The position numbers and the translations under genes are program-made. 64,000 nucleotides of DNA, taken from Mobula hypostoma. Its lineage: Eukaryota. The notes under the pieces were generated by a model. That model did no database searches. It saw nothing but the letters and a program-made list of their open reading frames with translations, and was not told the origin of the DNA. Shown here piece after piece: positions 60,540 through 64,000 of this stretch; position 1 is the first letter of the stretch, and each line of letters starts with the position of its first letter. Location: the NCBI RefSeq assembly GCF_963921235.1, contig NC_086107.1, forward strand, positions 113,648,001 to 113,712,000. Reading direction: 5' to 3'.

Positions 60540-61470
60540 AGCAGGACTTCCTGTTGGCCAAGCATTTTAATTTCAGTTCCCATTCCCGTTCCAACGTATC
60601 GATCCATGGCCTCCTTTTGTGCCACGATGAGGCCACCCTCAGGGTGACCATAAGACAAAGAAGCAGAAGTCGGCCATTCGGCCCATCGAGTCTGCTCTGC
60701 CATTTTATCATGAGCTGATCCATTCTCCCATTTAGTCCCACTCCCCGGACTTCTCACCATAACCTTTGATGCCCTGGCTACTCAGATACCCATCAATCTC
60801 TGCCTTAAATACACCCAATGACTTGGCCTCCACTGCTGCCCGTGGCAACAAATTCCATAGATTCACCACCCTCTGACTAAAAAAATTTCTTCGCGTTTCT
60901 GTTCTGAATGGGCGCCCTTCAATCCTTAAATCATGCCCTCTTGTACTAGACTCCCCCATCATGGGAAACAACTTTGCCACATCCACTCTGTCCATGCCTT
61001 TTAACATTAAACAGGGTGGAGGAGCGACACCTTATATTCTGTTTGGGTAGCCTCCAGCCTGATGGCATGAACATCGATTTCTCCTTCTGGTGAACGAATT
61101 TCACTCCCCCTTCCTCTGTTCCTCACTCTGACGTTTCTCTTCTTCTTACCCGCCTATCACCTCCCCCTGGCTCCCCTCCTCCTTCCCTTTCTCCTATGGT
61201 CCCCTCTCCTCTCCTTTTAGATCCTATCTTCTTCAGTCCGTGACCTTTCCCACCCACCTGGCCACACCTATCACCTTTTAGCTAGCCTCCTTCCCCTCCT
61301 CCCACCTTTGTATTTTGACATCTTCCCCCTTCCTTCTCAGTCCCGGTAAAGAGCCTCGGCCTGAAATGTCGACCGTTCACTCTTTTCCATAGATGCTGCC
61401 TGGCCTGCTGAGTTCCTCCAGCATTTTCTGTGTGTTGCTTTGGATTTCCAACATCTGCACATTTTCTCAA
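60540..61470 (+). mobile_element. Penelope-like element 3' end (GIY-YIG C-terminus plus pLTR), split by a CR1
   Basis: Encodes DFLLAKHFNFSSHSRSNVSIHGLLLCHDEATLRV | EERHLIFCLGSLQPDGMNIDFS, then a pLTR with a degenerate hammerhead at 61338-61374. Confidence 0.8.
60647..61011 (-). mobile_element. CR1 LINE 3' end
   Basis: ORF 60732-61007(-). TSD CAGGGTG (60640-60646 / 61012-61018). Confidence 0.85.
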
Positions 61471-61858
61471 ATTAACATTCAACAATTATAAAGAAGGAAG
61501 AAATATATAAAAATAAAAGTTAAAAGTACAGATATGGAATAAAATGTGCATAAATACATAAAAAAACCAGCAGGTATTTACAGTGTAAACAGCTTTATGA
61601 ACGGTGGTCTGAAGTATTTACAGTGCAGTGACTGAGGTGACCGATAGAGGGCGGTGTGGAGGGCTAACCAGATTGGTTGACAACATTACCTGTGTGGGTG
61701 AAGACACTTTTAAGATGGTATGAAGTTTTTGCTTTAACACCCCTCTAGCCTGCTCCAGGCTACGAGCTGCATGACATTTTGCTCAACTGTGTGATGAACT
61801 GAGGCTGAAGCTGTGGACCCAGTCTGGCTGCTCCGGGCTTCGGTCAACAGACGCGAAC

Positions 61859-62680
61859 GAAGTTAATTTCCTAATGACATAGAAGAGACCATTCTGCCCA
61901 TTGAACCTATGCTACCCCCACTACTTTCTACTGTAATTCATTCACCCCATGTCAGCTGACTTTGCATCGCCTGTGTTCTGAACGTTGGCGCTTGCTGTTT
62001 GTTCGCGCAGTTTGTGTTTTTATTTTCCCTCTCTGCACATTGGCTGTTTGTTGGTCTTTTTTGCGTGGGTTTTTGTTCTGTGGCTGCCCTGTAAGGAGAC
62101 GCATCTCAAGGTTGTATAATTTATACATACTCTGATAATAAATTGAAGTCTGAACTAGTGCTTTCCAGAAGGGAATTTCTGAAAAATCCACTTTGCTGGG
62201 AGGATAATGTCTGCAGTGAGTTGTCCTGCCTGTCTCACTGCTGCTAGATTGAACAGTGGGTATGACGTGGGATTTGGAGAAAGTAACCACTTTCTGGTTG
62301 CAAACTCACCCGTCAGCCCTCACCTTCACTCGCTCCCAAAATCTGCAGATCTGGCAACAAAGACCAGCTCCAGAACCAAGGACTGTACATGCCCCAGCCT
62401 GTGAAGAGGAGCCCATTTAACAGCTTAATCTAACCAACTGGTTCGACCAGTTCTAAATCACACAAAACGCTGGAGGAACGCGAGGCCGCATCTATGAAGG
62501 GAAATAAAGAGTCAATGTTTCGGGCCAAGAGCCTTTGCCAGGGCTGGTTTTTAATCAGTTGCACACGGGCAATGCAAAGTCAGCTGACATGGAGTGAATG
62601 AATTACAGTAGAAAGTAGTGGGGGTAGCATAGGTTCAATGGGCAGAATGGTCTCTTCTATGTCATTAGGAAATTAACTTC
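61859..62680. repeat. Inverted repeat, ~119-bp arms (61859-61977 / 62563-62680), ~585-bp spacer
   Basis: GAAGTTAATTTCCTAATGACATAG...CAGCTGACTTTGCAT is the reverse complement of ATGCAAAGTCAGCTG...CATTAGGAAATTAACTTC, with one mismatch in the core 109 bp. Confidence 0.92.
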
Positions 62681-62924
62681 TATTTCAAAAATATTCCTAT
62701 CTTATAAAATTATGCACAGGAAATGCAATCGGTACACATCTTCCACTGCGAAGAGTGCAGAAAAGATTGCTTTGGATTTCCGGCATCTGCAGAATCTCTT
62801 GTTTTTATGGTTTGCAACTCCTCTGCAAAGTCTCTTCGAGGGATAGCTACCCTGAAGAAGTTTAAATCTTCTCTTCAATTGGAGTTCAGTGAGACCCTCC
62901 CCGTCTGTGATCTCTGCTGCCCTC

Positions 62925-63145
62925 TGACTCTTCGACCTTGAGACCTGGCTTCACCTATCACCTTCCAGCTTGCCTCTTTCCTCTCTTCCCACCTTTCTTT
63001 TATTCTGGCATCTTTCCCCCTTCCTTCTCAGGCTTGATGAAGGATCTCGGCCCAAAGCGTTGACTGTGGACTCTTTTCCATAGATGCTGCCTGACCTGCT
63101 GAGTTCCTCCAGCATTTTGTGTGTGTTGCTCTGGATTTCCAGCGT
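62925..63145 (+). mobile_element. Penelope-like pLTR with degenerate hammerhead
   Basis: CAGGCTTGATGAAGGATCTCGGCCCAAAGCGTTGACTG followed by CATAGATGCTGCCTGACCTGCTGAGTTCCTCCAGC. Confidence 0.65.
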
Positions 63146-63290
63146 CTCACGTATAGAACTTTATTCCTTGGAGTGCATGGAGGGGCATAGATAGGGTTAA
63201 TGCACCTAGATTTTTCTCTCCAGGGTTGAGGAATCAAGAATCAGAGGGCACAGGTTGAAGGTGAGAGGGGAAAGGTTTAATAGGAACCTG

Positions 63291-63702
63291 ACTTACTTAC
63301 TGCCTGTTATGCAGCTGATGTTGAGGGCAACAATGAAGGTTGTCCATCTCTGACAGTGTTCAGGGCTTCCTTCATCGTGTCAGTAGCTTCCTCTCAGTTT
63401 TCACTACTGTCAGTCATGCGAATCCCAGGTGGAGACTTAGGAATGCTGTCCAGATGTAGAAGGATTCTTCGCTGTAACCGTTTTATTTTACATGCCAGGG
63501 TTGTTAGCCCTGAGCTGAACCCCTGAACCCAGAGGACTGGCAGACCACTCTTAGTCTGGCCTCTACCCTTTGACCTGTTTGCTGTGGGTGACCCCACCAA
63601 GAGCCAAAGCATAAAGCCCTGCCTCCAGCCAACATAGCTCTGTGGGTCTTTCAGGCACTTGGGCCTCCAAACCCTAGGACAAGGTCGTGTCCCTCTTGGA
63701 GG
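63291..63702 (-). mobile_element. RTE-derived non-autonomous ~410-bp element, full length
   Basis: TSD AATAGGAACCTG (63279-63290 / 63703-63714). 5' end CCTCCAAGAGGG and a (GTAA)n tail. Confidence 0.8.
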
Positions 63703-64000
63703 AATAGGAACCTGGGGGAAAATGTGTCGGCAAGAGCAAGCCCACTACAGTCTGTAGTTGAACATAATTCAGCCTATCTTCCACTGAGCGAACACTGGAG
63801 ACCAGCACCGACGCCAGCACGGATGCTGCGCAACACCATCTCAGGTAGCCTCTCTCCTGCGCGGCTGCAAACTGCTGACCCCGTGGCCTGAGGCCTAGTT
63901 CTTGCTCCAGCCGAGGCCACGCAGCTTCCCTGCCATCAGCTCCCCCAATAAACCAGTGAAATGGACTTGCTGCATTCCACAACACCGCGGTCCTGCGATC

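Overview
Eukaryotic, almost entirely repeat-derived DNA, probably intronic or intergenic. The repeat mix (abundant CR1 and Rex1/Babar-like LINEs, HE1/V-type SINEs, Penelope-like elements) suggests a cartilaginous fish, probably a ray; this is inference. I recognise no host protein-coding gene, and nearly all ORFs in the track are transposon fragments or their antisense shadows. Main content: (1) a near-complete but disrupted Hero/NeSL-type RLE non-LTR retrotransposon (~8280-12790); (2) a decayed Gypsy LTR element (~13509-16020); (3) many 5'-truncated CR1, Rex1-like and RTE LINEs, tRNA SINEs and Tc1 remnants; (4) about 16 Penelope-like pLTR fragments carrying a minimal type I hammerhead ribozyme, four with an intact fold, several in inverted arrangements with target-site duplications (TSDs); (5) a ~400-bp RTE-derived non-autonomous family whose copies start at the same base, the start of a candidate HDV/CPEB3-like pseudoknot; (6) a 40-bp x ~25 minisatellite; (7) a ~119-bp-arm near-perfect inverted duplication. 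Family names come from motif recognition, not database searches, and boundaries without a TSD are approximate.
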